Source of the DNA: Candidatus Omnitrophota bacterium
GTDB lineage: Bacteria > Omnitrophota > Gorgyraeia > JABMRN01 > RBG-13-46-9
Assembly: GCA_013203315.1 (NCBI GenBank)
Contig: JABMQJ010000014.1
Location: forward strand, 1-40,427
Length of the DNA: 40,427 nucleotides
Reading direction: 5' to 3'
Under the pieces are notes generated by a model. It ran no database searches, was not told the origin of the DNA, and saw only the letters and a program-made list of their open reading frames with translations. Position 1 is the stretch's first letter, and each line of letters starts with the position of its first letter. A program made the position numbers and the translations under genes. Shown here piece after piece: positions 9,723-19,777 of this stretch.

Positions 9723-10214
9723 ATGGAGATTACAGAAGTAAAAGTTATCTTGAAAGAAGGTCCGGATAAGAAGCTCAAAGCTTACGCGACACTTACCTTT
9801 GACAACTCTTTTGTTGTCAGAAACGTAAAAATTATCAAAGGAAACAAAGGGCTTTTTGTGGCCATGCCTTCTAGAAAGATGAGGGAAGCGTGCCCGAAAT
9901 GCAATTATAAAAACGCAATAAGAAGCAAATTCTGTAACCAGTGCGGTTCGAGTTTTCCGGCTTATGACGCAAGAACGGTAAGCCCGGAGGCAAGGCAATC
10001 GGAGCACAGGGATATAGCGCATCCCATTACCCTGGAATGCAGGGAATACATTCAGAAGAAGGTGCTCACTGCCTATGAAGCAGAACTCGGGAATTCGTCC
10101 GAGGCGCCGGAAGTTTCCGCCCAGGCTAAGCCAGTTTCGCTAAAAGCGGATACACCGGAAATCATACCGCCTAAAAAAGAACCTGCACAAGACGAAGGCG
10201 ATATAACACTTTAG
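9723..10214 (+). CDS. spoVG: SpoVG-family nucleic-acid-binding protein with inserted zinc ribbon
   Basis: MEITEVKV...KLKAYATLTFDNSFVVR...GLFVAMPSRK and HRDIAHPI; CPKC-X10-CNQC insert. Confidence 0.9.
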   Translation: MEITEVKVILKEGPDKKLKAYATLTFDNSFVVRNVKIIKGNKGLFVAMPSRKMREACPKCNYKNAIRSKFCNQCGSSFPAYDARTVSPEARQSEHRDIAHPITLECREYIQKKVLTAYEAELGNSSEAPEVSAQAKPVSLKADTPEIIPPKKEPAQDEGDITL

Positions 10215-10221
10215 TAAATGC

Positions 10222-10292
10222 TGCCCGGTAGTGTAATGGTAGCACAGCAGCTTTTGGAGCTGCGCGTCTAGGTTCGAATCCTAGCTGGGCAA
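10222..10292 (+). tRNA. tRNA-Gln(TTG)
   Basis: Acceptor TGCCCGG/CTGGGCA, anticodon arm GCAGC-TTTTGGA-GCTGC, GGTTCGAATCC; CCA not encoded. Confidence 0.95.
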
Positions 10293-10304
10293 CTTTTAAA
10301 ATTT

Positions 10305-11555
10305 ATGAAAAATATAGCAGCTATAATATTAGCCGCCGGACGCGGCACGAGAATGAAATCAGAATTACCCAAGGTATTGCACAGGGTAAACTCAAAACCC
10401 CTTTTAGGGTTTGTGATAGACGCCCTGGAGGGAGCCGGTATTAAAAAGAAAATTCTCGTTGTAGGATACAGGGGGAAAGATGTCAGAAAGCAATTTCCCG
10501 GAATTGCCGCCAGGACACAAGCAAAACTACTTGGTTCCGGTGACGCTGTTAAAAAAGCAAGCGGCCTACTTTCAAAATTTAAAGGCGATATTTTAGTTAT
10601 ATACGGCGATACGCCGTTTATCGACAAAGATGCAATAAAAAAACTAATAAAAAAACATAAGAAAAGCAAATCTTCCTGCACGCTTCTGGCGGCCACCGTC
10701 GAGAAATCTTCAGGATACGGCAGAATTTTTAGAAATGAAACCGGCGACGTAGTAAAAATCATAGAAGAAAAAGATGCCTCTTTTCACGAAAAGGCGATAG
10801 ACGAAATAAACGTAGGTTGCTACTGTTTTAACAAAAAAGATCTTTTCAGTTGTCTGGGTAGGCTTAAAATAAATGCAGAAAAAGGAGAATACTATCTTAC
10901 CGATATCGTGGAAATGTTAACAAAAAAAGGTAAAAAAGTAACATCCGTAGTTTGCGAGGACCCTACGGTAGCCCTTGGCGTAAATTCAAGATTAGACCTC
11001 GCTGAGGCAGGTAATATTATGAAAGAAAAAGTTTTAGAAAAATTAATGTCAAAAGGCGTAACTATCGTAGATCCGAATTCCACTTTCATAGATACGAATG
11101 CTGATATCGGCAAAGACACTATCGTATATCCGCACACAGTAATTGAGAAGGACGTTATAATCGGGAAAAAGTGCAAGATAGGTCCATTTGCCAGAATCAG
11201 GGTGCACACGAAACTGGATAACAACGTTGAAGTAGGAAATTTTGTAGAATTGGTAAGGACGAAAGTGTTGTCCGGAACAAAAATAAAACATCTGACTTAT
11301 CTTGGCGATGCCGAAGTCGGCAAAAACGTAAACATAGGCGCCGGCACTATTACGGCGAATTACGACGGCAAGAAAAAACATAAAACAGTTATAGGAGACG
11401 GGGTATCTATAGGAGTCGGAGTAATTCTTATCTCTCCGGTAAAGGTAGGCAAGGGTGCCGTGGTTGGCGCCGGTAGCGTCGTAACAAAACGGAAAAACGT
11501 TCCGCCTCACAAAACAGTTGTCGGGGTCCCGGCAAAATTGCTGGGTGGAAAATAG
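10305..11555 (+). CDS. glmU: Bifunctional UDP-GlcNAc pyrophosphorylase / glucosamine-1-P acetyltransferase
   Basis: LAAGRGTRMKS..PKVLH, GEYYLTD, HLTYLGDA, GAGTITANYDG, hexapeptide repeats. Confidence 0.95.
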   Translation: MKNIAAIILAAGRGTRMKSELPKVLHRVNSKPLLGFVIDALEGAGIKKKILVVGYRGKDVRKQFPGIAARTQAKLLGSGDAVKKASGLLSKFKGDILVIYGDTPFIDKDAIKKLIKKHKKSKSSCTLLAATVEKSSGYGRIFRNETGDVVKIIEEKDASFHEKAIDEINVGCYCFNKKDLFSCLGRLKINAEKGEYYLTDIVEMLTKKGKKVTSVVCEDPTVALGVNSRLDLAEAGNIMKEKVLEKLMSKGVTIVDPNSTFIDTNADIGKDTIVYPHTVIEKDVIIGKKCKIGPFARIRVHTKLDNNVEVGNFVELVRTKVLSGTKIKHLTYLGDAEVGKNVNIGAGTITANYDGKKKHKTVIGDGVSIGVGVILISPVKVGKGAVVGAGSVVTKRKNVPPHKTVVGVPAKLLGGK

Positions 11556-11565
11556 GAGGACACAT

Positions 11566-12510
11566 ATGGGAAATAAACTATCAATATTCGGAGGCAATTC
11601 CAACATCGAGCTATTAGATGAAATATGCAAGCTGATGAAGGTAAAGCGGGGGAGCGCTTTTGTGGGTAGATTTAGAGACGGAGAAACGCAAGTTCAGATA
11701 AAGGAAAATGTCCGCGGCAAAGACGTGTTCGTTGTGCAGTCAACTTCGTTTCCGACAAACGATAATCTGATGGAGCTCCTTATACTTTTAGATGCGTTAA
11801 AACGCGCCTCTGCTAACAGGATAACAGCCGTTTTGCCGTATTTCGGATACGCGCGCCAGGACAGAAAAGACCAGCCGCGCGTTCCGATAACAGCGAAACT
11901 CATTGCAAACCTCCTGACGCGCGCAGGCGCCTCAAGGGTTCTTACAATAGATTTGCATGCAGGACAAATACAGGGATTTTTCGATGTTCCGCTGGATCAC
12001 CTCTATGCTGTTAACACCTTCGTGGAATACTTCGAGAAGAAAAATATAGAAAATCTCGTTGTCGTTTCACCGGATGTGGGCGGAATAAAAATGGCAAGGG
12101 CATATTCAAAAAGATTAAATGCCGGCCTTGCCATTGTCGATAAACGCAGAATAAACGACACCGAAGCCGAAGTCATGAACATAATGGGCCGGGTAAAAGG
12201 AAAAAACGTTATTATTGTGGACGACATAGTAGCTACGGCCGGAAGCCTGGTAGAAGCCGCAAAAGCCGTTAAAAATGCCGGCGCACAGGACGTATATGCG
12301 ACTATTACGCATCCGGCGCTTTGCGGACCGGCCATGGAAAGACTCAGCGCCTCATCCATAAAAGAGCTGATCGTAACGAATACAATTCCCATAGAAGAAA
12401 GCAAAATGATAGATAAGATAAAAGTGCTGAGCATAGCGCCGCTTTTGGCAAGCGCCATAAAAAGAATTCATAATGAAGAATCAATAAGTATTCTATTTGA
12501 CGAAGCATAA
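11566..12510 (+). CDS. prs: Ribose-phosphate pyrophosphokinase
   Basis: PYFGYARQDRK, DLHAGQIQGFF, IVDDIVATAGS; start at ATG 11566 after AGGAGG. Confidence 0.97.
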   Translation: MGNKLSIFGGNSNIELLDEICKLMKVKRGSAFVGRFRDGETQVQIKENVRGKDVFVVQSTSFPTNDNLMELLILLDALKRASANRITAVLPYFGYARQDRKDQPRVPITAKLIANLLTRAGASRVLTIDLHAGQIQGFFDVPLDHLYAVNTFVEYFEKKNIENLVVVSPDVGGIKMARAYSKRLNAGLAIVDKRRINDTEAEVMNIMGRVKGKNVIIVDDIVATAGSLVEAAKAVKNAGAQDVYATITHPALCGPAMERLSASSIKELIVTNTIPIEESKMIDKIKVLSIAPLLASAIKRIHNEESISILFDEA

Positions 12511-12540
12511 AAAAACACGGAAAACAAAAGGAGAAAATAA

Positions 12541-13260
12541 GTGAAGAAGGTTATTTTAAACGCAGACGTAAGAAAAGAAGTAGGCAAGTCCAAGGTAAAA
12601 GATTTGCGAAGAAATGATTTAATTCCGGCCGTAATGTACAGAGACGGCAAAGAGGTTATAAATTTGAAAATAAAGACACGCGATTTATTCGACGCCTTAC
12701 ACACAACGGCCGGCGGCAACGTTTTGATAGCGCTAAAAATAAAAGACGACAAAAAATCAAAGGAAAGAACCTGCATAATAAAAGAAGTGCAGAGGCACCC
12801 TGTTAAGGAAGACATAATACATGTGGATTTAAGCGAAATATCGCTTACAGAAGCAATAAAAGTAAAAGTCCCTATCCACTCACACGGAGAGCCGGAAGGC
12901 GTTGTAAAAGACGGCGGCGTTTTGGACCATCCGCTCTGGGAGGTTGAAGTTGAATGTCTTCCTACGGCGATACCGGAGAAAATAACGGTGGAAGTGGATG
13001 CCATGAAAATCGGCGACACAATTTTCGTAAAAGACCTGAAAATACCATCCGGCGTAAAGGTGCTTAATGATCCGGAATTAACGGTTCTTAGCGTTGTGCC
13101 TCCTGCCAAGGAAGAAGTGGCAGAAGAAGTTCCCGGTGAGGAAGCTGCCGAACCGGAAGTCATATCTAAAGGCAAGAAGGAAGAAGAGGAGATACCCGAA
13201 GGCGAAGGCGGAAAGTCGGCCAAGAAAGAAGCTCCTCCGGCGAAAGAAGAGAAAAAATAA
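12541..13260 (+). CDS. rplY: 50S ribosomal protein bL25/Ctc
   Basis: IPAVMY, EVQRHPV, HVDL, GVVKDGGVL, acidic EPEVI tail. Confidence 0.95.
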   Translation: MKKVILNADVRKEVGKSKVKDLRRNDLIPAVMYRDGKEVINLKIKTRDLFDALHTTAGGNVLIALKIKDDKKSKERTCIIKEVQRHPVKEDIIHVDLSEISLTEAIKVKVPIHSHGEPEGVVKDGGVLDHPLWEVEVECLPTAIPEKITVEVDAMKIGDTIFVKDLKIPSGVKVLNDPELTVLSVVPPAKEEVAEEVPGEEAAEPEVISKGKKEEEEIPEGEGGKSAKKEAPPAKEEKK

Positions 13261-13275
13261 AATAGCAAATCACAA

Positions 13276-13848
13276 ATGAAAATCATAATCGGACTAGGAA
13301 ACCCGGGCTTTCGATACAGAAATACGCGGCACAACGTAGGTTTTTTAACCATTAAAGAGATCTCCAGGAGACTGGCCATACCCGTAAAAAAAAGAAGACA
13401 CAAAGGGCTTTTAGGGAAAGGTGTTTTCGAAGGCGAAAAAGTAATACTTTTTATGCCCGAAACTTTCATGAATCTATCGGGAGAAGCTGTGCGAGAAGTT
13501 ATGAGGATGGAAAAGATAAGTTTCGGGGATTGCCTCGTCATTTGCGATGATATAAACTTAAAGTTAGGCTCGATACGCCTTAGAAAAAAAGGCCGAAGCG
13601 GCGGGCACAACGGGCTTGAATCAATTATATCAAATATCGGAACAAGCGAGTTCCCGCGTCTTAGAATAGGTGTGGGCAGAGAAAAAAAGGTTAGCAACAT
13701 GGTAAGGTTCGTTCTGAACCCCTTTAATTCAGCGGAAAGAGCCATTTTAAAGGGCGTAATAAGCGAAGCCCTGGAGTGTGTTATTGCCTACATAAGAGAC
13801 GGTGCGGACAAGGCAATGACTAGGTTCAACGGGCGACAATTTGCTTGA
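13276..13848 (+). CDS. pth: Peptidyl-tRNA hydrolase
   Basis: GLGNPG, TRHNVGF, TFMNLSG, GGHNGL. Confidence 0.97.
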   Translation: MKIIIGLGNPGFRYRNTRHNVGFLTIKEISRRLAIPVKKRRHKGLLGKGVFEGEKVILFMPETFMNLSGEAVREVMRMEKISFGDCLVICDDINLKLGSIRLRKKGRSGGHNGLESIISNIGTSEFPRLRIGVGREKKVSNMVRFVLNPFNSAERAILKGVISEALECVIAYIRDGADKAMTRFNGRQFA

Positions 13849-13873
13849 TTTTAGAAAGTGATTATGCTATTAT
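13845..13873 (+). promoter_or_regulatory. Probable sigma70 promoter of the rpsF operon
   Basis: TTGATT-17 nt-TATTAT with extended -10 TG. Confidence 0.5.
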
Positions 13874-13921
13874 CTTGGAACAGTTGGGCGCAAATATAAC
13901 ACATTTTTAAGAGAGGATGCA

Positions 13922-14200
13922 ATGAAAGGATACGAAGCGTTATTTATTATAGACCCGGATAAAGAGGCCTCGATAAAAGAGATTACCGGCGTTATTGGCG
14001 GTAGTATTACCAAGGCCGGTGGCAAAGTAGAAAAAGAAGAAAACTGGGGTAGGCAGAAACTTGCTTTTCGCATTAAAAAGAAGGCCGATGGCGTATATTA
14101 TAAATTAGATTTCTCTGTAGAGCCTTCTAAGATTTCTGTGTTGAACAGTAACTATAAATTGAACGCCGATATATTAAGAGTCATAATCACGGCAAAATAA
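13922..14200 (+). CDS. rpsF: 30S ribosomal protein bS6
   Basis: YEALFIIDP, WGRQKLAFRIKK, G.YY; rpsF-ssb-rpsR synteny. Confidence 0.95.
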   Translation: MKGYEALFIIDPDKEASIKEITGVIGGSITKAGGKVEKEENWGRQKLAFRIKKKADGVYYKLDFSVEPSKISVLNSNYKLNADILRVIITAK

Positions 14201-14208
14201 AATATAAG

Positions 14209-14228
14209 TCTGCCTACCGGCAGGCAGG
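14209..14228. repeat. REP-like palindrome copy 1 (TCTGCCTACCGGCAGGCAGG)
   Basis: CTGCCT-ACCGGC-AGGCAG hairpin; related copy at 21637-21656. Confidence 0.65.
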
Positions 14229-14238
14229 GAGCTTTATC

Positions 14239-14715
14239 ATGGCTGCAAGCTTGAACAAAGTTTTTCTTATAGGGAACCTAACACGCGACCCTGAACTGCG
14301 CTATGTACCCAGCGGCACTGCCGTTGCTTCCTTCGATATCGCCATTAATCGAGTTTATAATACACAATCAGGCGAGAAAAAAGAAGAGACCTCTTTTGTA
14401 AGAGTCGTAGTGTGGGCCAGGCGCGCCGAAGTATGCGCAGAGTACCTTGCAAAGGGTAGCCCTGTTTTAGTGGAAGGGCGCCTCCGTTCGCGTTCATGGG
14501 AAGCGCAGGACGGGCAAAAGCGCAGCACTATCGAGGTTGTTGCTAATAATGTGCAGTTTCTTAGAGGTTCGTCGTTCAGACAAAAGGGCGCATTGTCACA
14601 GGCTACAGGCACACAGCAGGCGCCCAATAATACCCCAAAAGAAGACATGGAATCCATCGACTTGGATAGCGGCGCCCCTAAGAAAAATGAACCGGAAGAA
14701 GAAATACCTTTTTAA
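14239..14715 (+). CDS. ssb: Single-stranded DNA-binding protein
   Basis: NKVFLIGNLTRDPELRY, VEGRL, C-terminal EEEIPF. Confidence 0.97.
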   Translation: MAASLNKVFLIGNLTRDPELRYVPSGTAVASFDIAINRVYNTQSGEKKEETSFVRVVVWARRAEVCAEYLAKGSPVLVEGRLRSRSWEAQDGQKRSTIEVVANNVQFLRGSSFRQKGALSQATGTQQAPNNTPKEDMESIDLDSGAPKKNEPEEEIPF

Positions 14716-14735
14716 GGTATTAAGGAACAGGAGAA

Positions 14736-15038
14736 ATGAAAAAAAGGGAAGCAAAAAAAGGAGAAGCGCGAAAAGGGCCTGCGCGAAAAGGCGAAAAATT
14801 CAAAAGACCGAGCGGAGGCCGCCGTTATATATTAAGGAAGAAAAAATGCAAGTTTTGCACGGATAAAAGTTTAAAAATACATTATCTGGATCACCAGCTT
14901 CTTCGTAGATTCATAACGGAACGCGGCAAAATAATTCCTTCGAGATTTTCAGGCTCTTGCGCCAGGCACCAGCGTAAACTCGCCAAGGCGATAAAGAGGG
15001 CCCGAAACATAGGGATTCTACCTTTTTTAGCAGAATAG
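14736..15038 (+). CDS. rpsR: 30S ribosomal protein bS18 (Zn-binding C+ type) with basic N-terminal extension
   Basis: CKFC...[30 protein letters not shown]. Confidence 0.96.
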   Translation: MKKREAKKGEARKGPARKGEKFKRPSGGRRYILRKKKCKFCTDKSLKIHYLDHQLLRRFITERGKIIPSRFSGSCARHQRKLAKAIKRARNIGILPFLAE

Positions 15039-15125
15039 GCAAAAAGCCCCGGACAAAAAGCGCGATCGGACTTTAAGTAAGGCCCGGAACGCAAGCTTTT
15101 CCGGAAATCGGGATTTATTTAAAAC

Positions 15126-15569
15126 ATGAAAGTAATACTCTTACAAGACTTGAAGGAACTTGGTAAAGAAGGCGATGCCGTAAAGGTTAAAGACGGTTAT
15201 GCCAGAAATTATCTTTTTCCGAGAAAATTAGCTACACCGCACAATGCCCAGACATTAAAATCCTTAGAGGTAAAAAAGAAAAAAACCGAACTCCTTCTAA
15301 AAAAAGAGAAGGCTAAAGCCGAAGAACTTGCAAAAACCCTCTCCCAGCTTTCTTTAACCATTTCGATGGAATCGGGCGCCGAAGACAAGCTCTTCGGTAG
15401 TATTACCCCGGAGAATATTTTTCAAGCCTTAAATCAGGAAGGCATACACATAGACAAGAAAAGCATTACTATCGCCGAACCCATTAATAAACTGGGTGTC
15501 TACAACGTGGAAGTCAAGTTGCATCCCGGAGTAAAACAGAGTTTGAGAGTTTGGGTTGTTAAAAAATAA
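15126..15569 (+). CDS. rplI: 50S ribosomal protein bL9
   Basis: MKVILL..LGKEG..VKVKDGYARNYL, KLFGSIT. Confidence 0.97.
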   Translation: MKVILLQDLKELGKEGDAVKVKDGYARNYLFPRKLATPHNAQTLKSLEVKKKKTELLLKKEKAKAEELAKTLSQLSLTISMESGAEDKLFGSITPENIFQALNQEGIHIDKKSITIAEPINKLGVYNVEVKLHPGVKQSLRVWVVKK

Positions 15570-15577
15570 CGCCAAAA

Positions 15578-16924
15578 ATGCCGATCGTTAAAGAATTTAT
15601 TAACAAAGTACCCCCGCAAAGCATAGAAGCGGAAATCGCGGTTCTTGGCTCAATGCTTCTTGATAAGGAAGCAATAGACCACGCCATAGAGCTTCTGGAC
15701 GAACCCTCCTTTTACAAAACAGCCCACGCAAAAATTTATTCTACTATCATAAAGCTATACGACAAGAATAAAGCCGTAGACATTGTAACGCTTGTCGAAG
15801 AATTAAGAAACTCCGGCGTCCTGGATGAAGTCGGTGGGCCTGCCTACATAGCTTCTATCACATCCAGCATACCCACGTCGGCAAATGTTGAACACTATGC
15901 AAGGATCGTGCGGGAAAAAGCGATTTTGAGAAACCTCATATCCACCGCAACGCAGATTGTATCCGAAAGTTACGATGCGACAAGCAGCGTTGATACGCTT
16001 TTAGACAAGGCCGAACGCATGATTTTCGACATCACGACAAATAAAGTAGAGACAGAATCTTCATCAATAAAAGATATAATAAAAAGCAGCATAGAAACCA
16101 TTGACAATCTTTATCAGAGGAAGGAAAGCATTACGGGTGTTGCTACCGGGTTTCATGATTTCGATGTAATGACAGCAGGCCTTCAAAAATCAGATTTAAT
16201 CATCATGGCGGGACGGCCCTCCATGGGCAAATCCGCACTTGTAAGTTGTATCGCCGAACACATAGGGGTTGTTGAGAAAAAACCCATTGCATTTTTTAGT
16301 TTGGAAATGGCAAAATCACAACTTGTTCAAAGAATGCTGTGTTCTCATGCACGCGTCGATGCGCATAAGGTAAGAACAGGTTTCTTGTCGCAGTCAGACT
16401 GGCCGAAGCTGGTAACCGCAGCCGGCAAGCTCTCAGAAACGCGCATTTTCATAGACGATACACCAGGTATTTCCGTTTTGGAATTAAGAGCAAAAGCGCG
16501 CCGATTAAAATCCCAACACGATATAGAGTTAATCGTTGTAGACTATCTGCAGCTTATGCAGGGGCCCTCTGGGTCTGAAAATAGGCAGCAGGAAATTTCC
16601 GAGATTTCACGCTCCTTGAAAGCGTTGGCGAGGGAATTAAACGTTCCTTTGATAGCTGTAAGCCAGCTTTCCAGGGCGGTCGAACAAAGGTCGGACCGGA
16701 GGCCGCAGCTTTCTGATTTGCGTGAAAGCGGCGCTATCGAACAGGATGCGGATCTGGTCGTGCTACTTTTAAGAGAAGAATATTACACTCCCACAGAGGA
16801 AAATAAGGGCGTTGCCGAAGTTATCGTAGCTAAACAACGTAACGGCCCGGTTGGCAGTTTTAAGCTGGCATTTATCAATGAATATACGAGATTTGAAGAT
16901 CTCGCCAAAGGAGAGGAGTTTTAA
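15578..16924 (+). CDS. dnaB: Replicative DNA helicase
   Basis: PPQSIEAE, GRPSMGKS, DYLQL, SDLRESGAIEQDAD, KQRNGP; no intein. Confidence 0.98.
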   Translation: MPIVKEFINKVPPQSIEAEIAVLGSMLLDKEAIDHAIELLDEPSFYKTAHAKIYSTIIKLYDKNKAVDIVTLVEELRNSGVLDEVGGPAYIASITSSIPTSANVEHYARIVREKAILRNLISTATQIVSESYDATSSVDTLLDKAERMIFDITTNKVETESSSIKDIIKSSIETIDNLYQRKESITGVATGFHDFDVMTAGLQKSDLIIMAGRPSMGKSALVSCIAEHIGVVEKKPIAFFSLEMAKSQLVQRMLCSHARVDAHKVRTGFLSQSDWPKLVTAAGKLSETRIFIDDTPGISVLELRAKARRLKSQHDIELIVVDYLQLMQGPSGSENRQQEISEISRSLKALARELNVPLIAVSQLSRAVEQRSDRRPQLSDLRESGAIEQDADLVVLLLREEYYTPTEENKGVAEVIVAKQRNGPVGSFKLAFINEYTRFEDLAKGEEF

Positions 16925-16927
16925 TCT

Positions 16928-19240
16928 ATGTTAAGAAATAGAAAAAACCTGCTGGCAGTTCTTCCTGCATTCATAGTTATTTTTCTTTTCAGCATTACAT
17001 CCGGGGCCGAAGAGTCTCCGGAGGGCAAAACCGTACTTGATATACGCGTAAAAGGCAACCAGGCCATAAGCTCTCCTACAATTCTTTCCAAGATAAAGAT
17101 AAAAACAAGGAAACCATTTTCGCAAAGTGTCATAGATGACGACATAAAAAGACTTTATGCCCTGGGGTACTTTACGGATGTCGCCATCGACGTGGAGAAT
17201 CAACCCGACGGCGTGATAGTAACGGTCATAGTTGAAGAAAAACCTGCCATAAAAGAAATCATTTTCGAAGGCAATGTTAAAATGACAAGCCGGCGGCTAA
17301 AAAAAATTATCAAGTCCAAGGCAGGCGACATGCTAAAGCTAAGCCAGCTTTCGGAAGACATTTTAGAAATAAAGTCTTTTTACGAAAGAAACGGTTTTCA
17401 CCAAGTTGGCGTGAAATATGAACTGGAAAAAGACAAAGGCTTAAATCAAGCTACCATAAAGATTGTGATAGACGAAAAAGCACGCGTGAGAATAAAACGT
17501 ATTTCGGTAGAAGGCAATAAATTTGTTAAAACACAAAAGATTCTGGAACTCATGGAAACCCGCCCCACGTGGCTTTTTAGAAGAGGGTATTTCAACGACG
17601 AAACCTTTGAAAACGATTTAGCACGCATAAAAGCATATTACCAGGATCAGGGATTTTTGGATATTTCCATTACGCCCCGCTTTGATTATGACGAACAAAA
17701 AGGCGTTATGTACATAACGCTTACGATTAACGAAGGTTCGGAATACCGCGTGAAAGATGTCGTAATAAAAGGTAACATTGTATTTCCTAAAGAAGACGTA
17801 AGAGACAGAATTTCTATTAAGCCGGGTGAAGCCTTCAGCCATACGAAAATAAGAGAAAATTTAGAAAATATAAGGGCCCTTTATTACCAGAAAGGGTATA
17901 TGAATGTGCAGATCGGCGCTGACAGGTCCGTTGATGCAAAGGCGCACACCATAGATGTTGTTTTTATTATTGATGGAAAGGAGCCTGTCTATGTCGGAAC
18001 GATTGACATCAAGGGTAATACAAAGACAAAAGATATTGTAATAAGACGGGAGCTCAGGGCTTATCCGGGTGAACTTTTTGACGGAGAAAAGATGCGAAGA
18101 AGTAAAGAGAGACTGTATAACCTCGGATTTTTTGAAGACGTCTATTTCGAAACCAAACCCACTCCCGATCCGAACATAAATGACCTGGAGATAAGTGTAA
18201 AAGAGACAAAAACAGGAGAATTCAGCTTCGGAGGCGGTTACAGTTCGATAGATGAATTCATAGGATTCGTGCAGATAACGCAGAAAAACTTTGACCTTTT
18301 CAATTTCCCGTATTTCACAGGTGACGGGCAGAATCTTTCCGTTAGAGCGGAGCTCGGAGTTGTGAGAAATAATTATGACATCAGCTGGACAGAGCCCTGG
18401 ATATTTGATTACCCGCTTTCTTTCGGGATTGATGCATACCACAGAACGCATTACAGGAAAACACACGTTGGTTATGGTTACGAAGAAATACGTTCCGGAG
18501 GTGATGTAAGATTAGGTAAGGAGTTTTTGGAGTACGTGAGGGGAGACCTCATGTATAGGATTGAGAATGTTGACATATCGGATGTCTCAGATGATGCAAC
18601 GCAGGATTTGCGGGATGAAGAAGGGGACAACTGGCTTAGCAGTCTTATTTTAGGAGTTAGTTTTGACAACCGCGACAATATTTACAGCCCCACGCGCGGT
18701 ATTTTCTCACGCGCTTCGATAGAAAATACGGGCGGATTTCTTTTCGGCGACAAAGATTTTGTCAAAGGCTATTCATCAAATAGTTACTACTATTCTCCGT
18801 GGAAGAAAATCGTAATTGAATTTAAAGGAAGGGCCGGGCTTGCAACGCCTTATTCAAATACCGATAAGGTACCGATTTACGAAAGATTCTACGCAGGCGG
18901 CGCCAATACCATAAGGGGCTATCTGGAAAGAAGGGTAGGCCCGAGGGACCCATCTTCAAATGACCCCATAGGAGGAGAGGCTCTCTTAGTCGGAAACATA
19001 GAGGCAATATTTCCTATATATGAAAAAGTAATAAAAGCCGCTGTCTTTTACGATGTAGGTAACGTATGGTCCAAGTTGGATGATTTTGCGCAGGGCGGAT
19101 ATAAGCAGGGGGCAGGTATCGGTGTTAGAGTAAGAACGCCCATAGGCCCTTTAAAACTGGATTGGGGCTACCCATTAACCGACAACGAAGACGATAAAAA
19201 AGAGGGACGATTCTACTTCTCAGTGAGTCATGGGTTCTAA
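16928..19240 (+). CDS. bamA: Outer-membrane protein assembly factor BamA
   Basis: Signal peptide, POTRA repeats (GN..T...IRRE), FYAGGANTIRGY, TPIGPLKLDWG, C-terminal F. Confidence 0.96.
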   Translation: MLRNRKNLLAVLPAFIVIFLFSITSGAEESPEGKTVLDIRVKGNQAISSPTILSKIKIKTRKPFSQSVIDDDIKRLYALGYFTDVAIDVENQPDGVIVTVIVEEKPAIKEIIFEGNVKMTSRRLKKIIKSKAGDMLKLSQLSEDILEIKSFYERNGFHQVGVKYELEKDKGLNQATIKIVIDEKARVRIKRISVEGNKFVKTQKILELMETRPTWLFRRGYFNDETFENDLARIKAYYQDQGFLDISITPRFDYDEQKGVMYITLTINEGSEYRVKDVVIKGNIVFPKEDVRDRISIKPGEAFSHTKIRENLENIRALYYQKGYMNVQIGADRSVDAKAHTIDVVFIIDGKEPVYVGTIDIKGNTKTKDIVIRRELRAYPGELFDGEKMRRSKERLYNLGFFEDVYFETKPTPDPNINDLEISVKETKTGEFSFGGGYSSIDEFIGFVQITQKNFDLFNFPYFTGDGQNLSVRAELGVVRNNYDISWTEPWIFDYPLSFGIDAYHRTHYRKTHVGYGYEEIRSGGDVRLGKEFLEYVRGDLMYRIENVDISDVSDDATQDLRDEEGDNWLSSLILGVSFDNRDNIYSPTRGIFSRASIENTGGFLFGDKDFVKGYSSNSYYYSPWKKIVIEFKGRAGLATPYSNTDKVPIYERFYAGGANTIRGYLERRVGPRDPSSNDPIGGEALLVGNIEAIFPIYEKVIKAAVFYDVGNVWSKLDDFAQGGYKQGAGIGVRVRTPIGPLKLDWGYPLTDNEDDKKEGRFYFSVSHGF

Positions 19241-19258
19241 TAAAATAGGAGGTAAGCG

Positions 19259-19756
19259 ATGATTAAAAAATTGATAAGCATGCTAATTTTGGTATTGTTT
19301 TGCGCGACTTTCTGTGCAAACGTTTTCGCCGAAGGCCAAAAGGTCGGACTTATAAATTTCAGAAAAGCCGGTTTTGAATGTAAAAAAGGGAAAGCATTCC
19401 AAGCAGAATTCGAGGGAAAAGACAAAAAGGCCAAGGAAGAGCTTGATAAAATGGCAAAAGAACTAAGAAAATTGAGAGACGAATCGGATCTTTTAAGTGA
19501 TAAAGCCAAGGCCAAAAAAGAAGAGGAATTAAGAAAAAAGCAAGTTGCGTTCAATGATTCAAGAAGGAAGAAGAGTGAGGAAATTATCCGCTGGAGAGAC
19601 GACCAGATGAGAGAGATAACAAAAGAAATAACAGACGCCACGGCAGCATACGCCAAAAATAACGGCTACGATATGATATTAGACCAGATGGTCGCGGTGT
19701 ATTTTACGGAAACATACGATATTACCGATGAAATATTGAAGGAACTGAATAAATAG
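19259..19756 (+). CDS. skp: OmpH/Skp periplasmic chaperone
   Basis: Signal peptide, coiled coil, GYDMILD...DITDEILKELN; follows bamA. Confidence 0.9.
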   Translation: MIKKLISMLILVLFCATFCANVFAEGQKVGLINFRKAGFECKKGKAFQAEFEGKDKKAKEELDKMAKELRKLRDESDLLSDKAKAKKEEELRKKQVAFNDSRRKKSEEIIRWRDDQMREITKEITDATAAYAKNNGYDMILDQMVAVYFTETYDITDEILKELNK

Positions 19757-19777
19757 TTTTCCGAAAGATGCCGAGAG

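Noticed and set aside
12468-13745. 425-aa minus-strand ORF and the many other antisense ORFs in the track
   Set aside because: Shadow frames of well-supported genes (here rplY and pth); Phe/Ser/Leu-rich with no motifs
15039-15125. Possible structured RNA between rpsR and rplI
   Set aside because: Only short stems (CCGGAA/TTCCGG, AAAAGC/GCTTTT); no recognisable family
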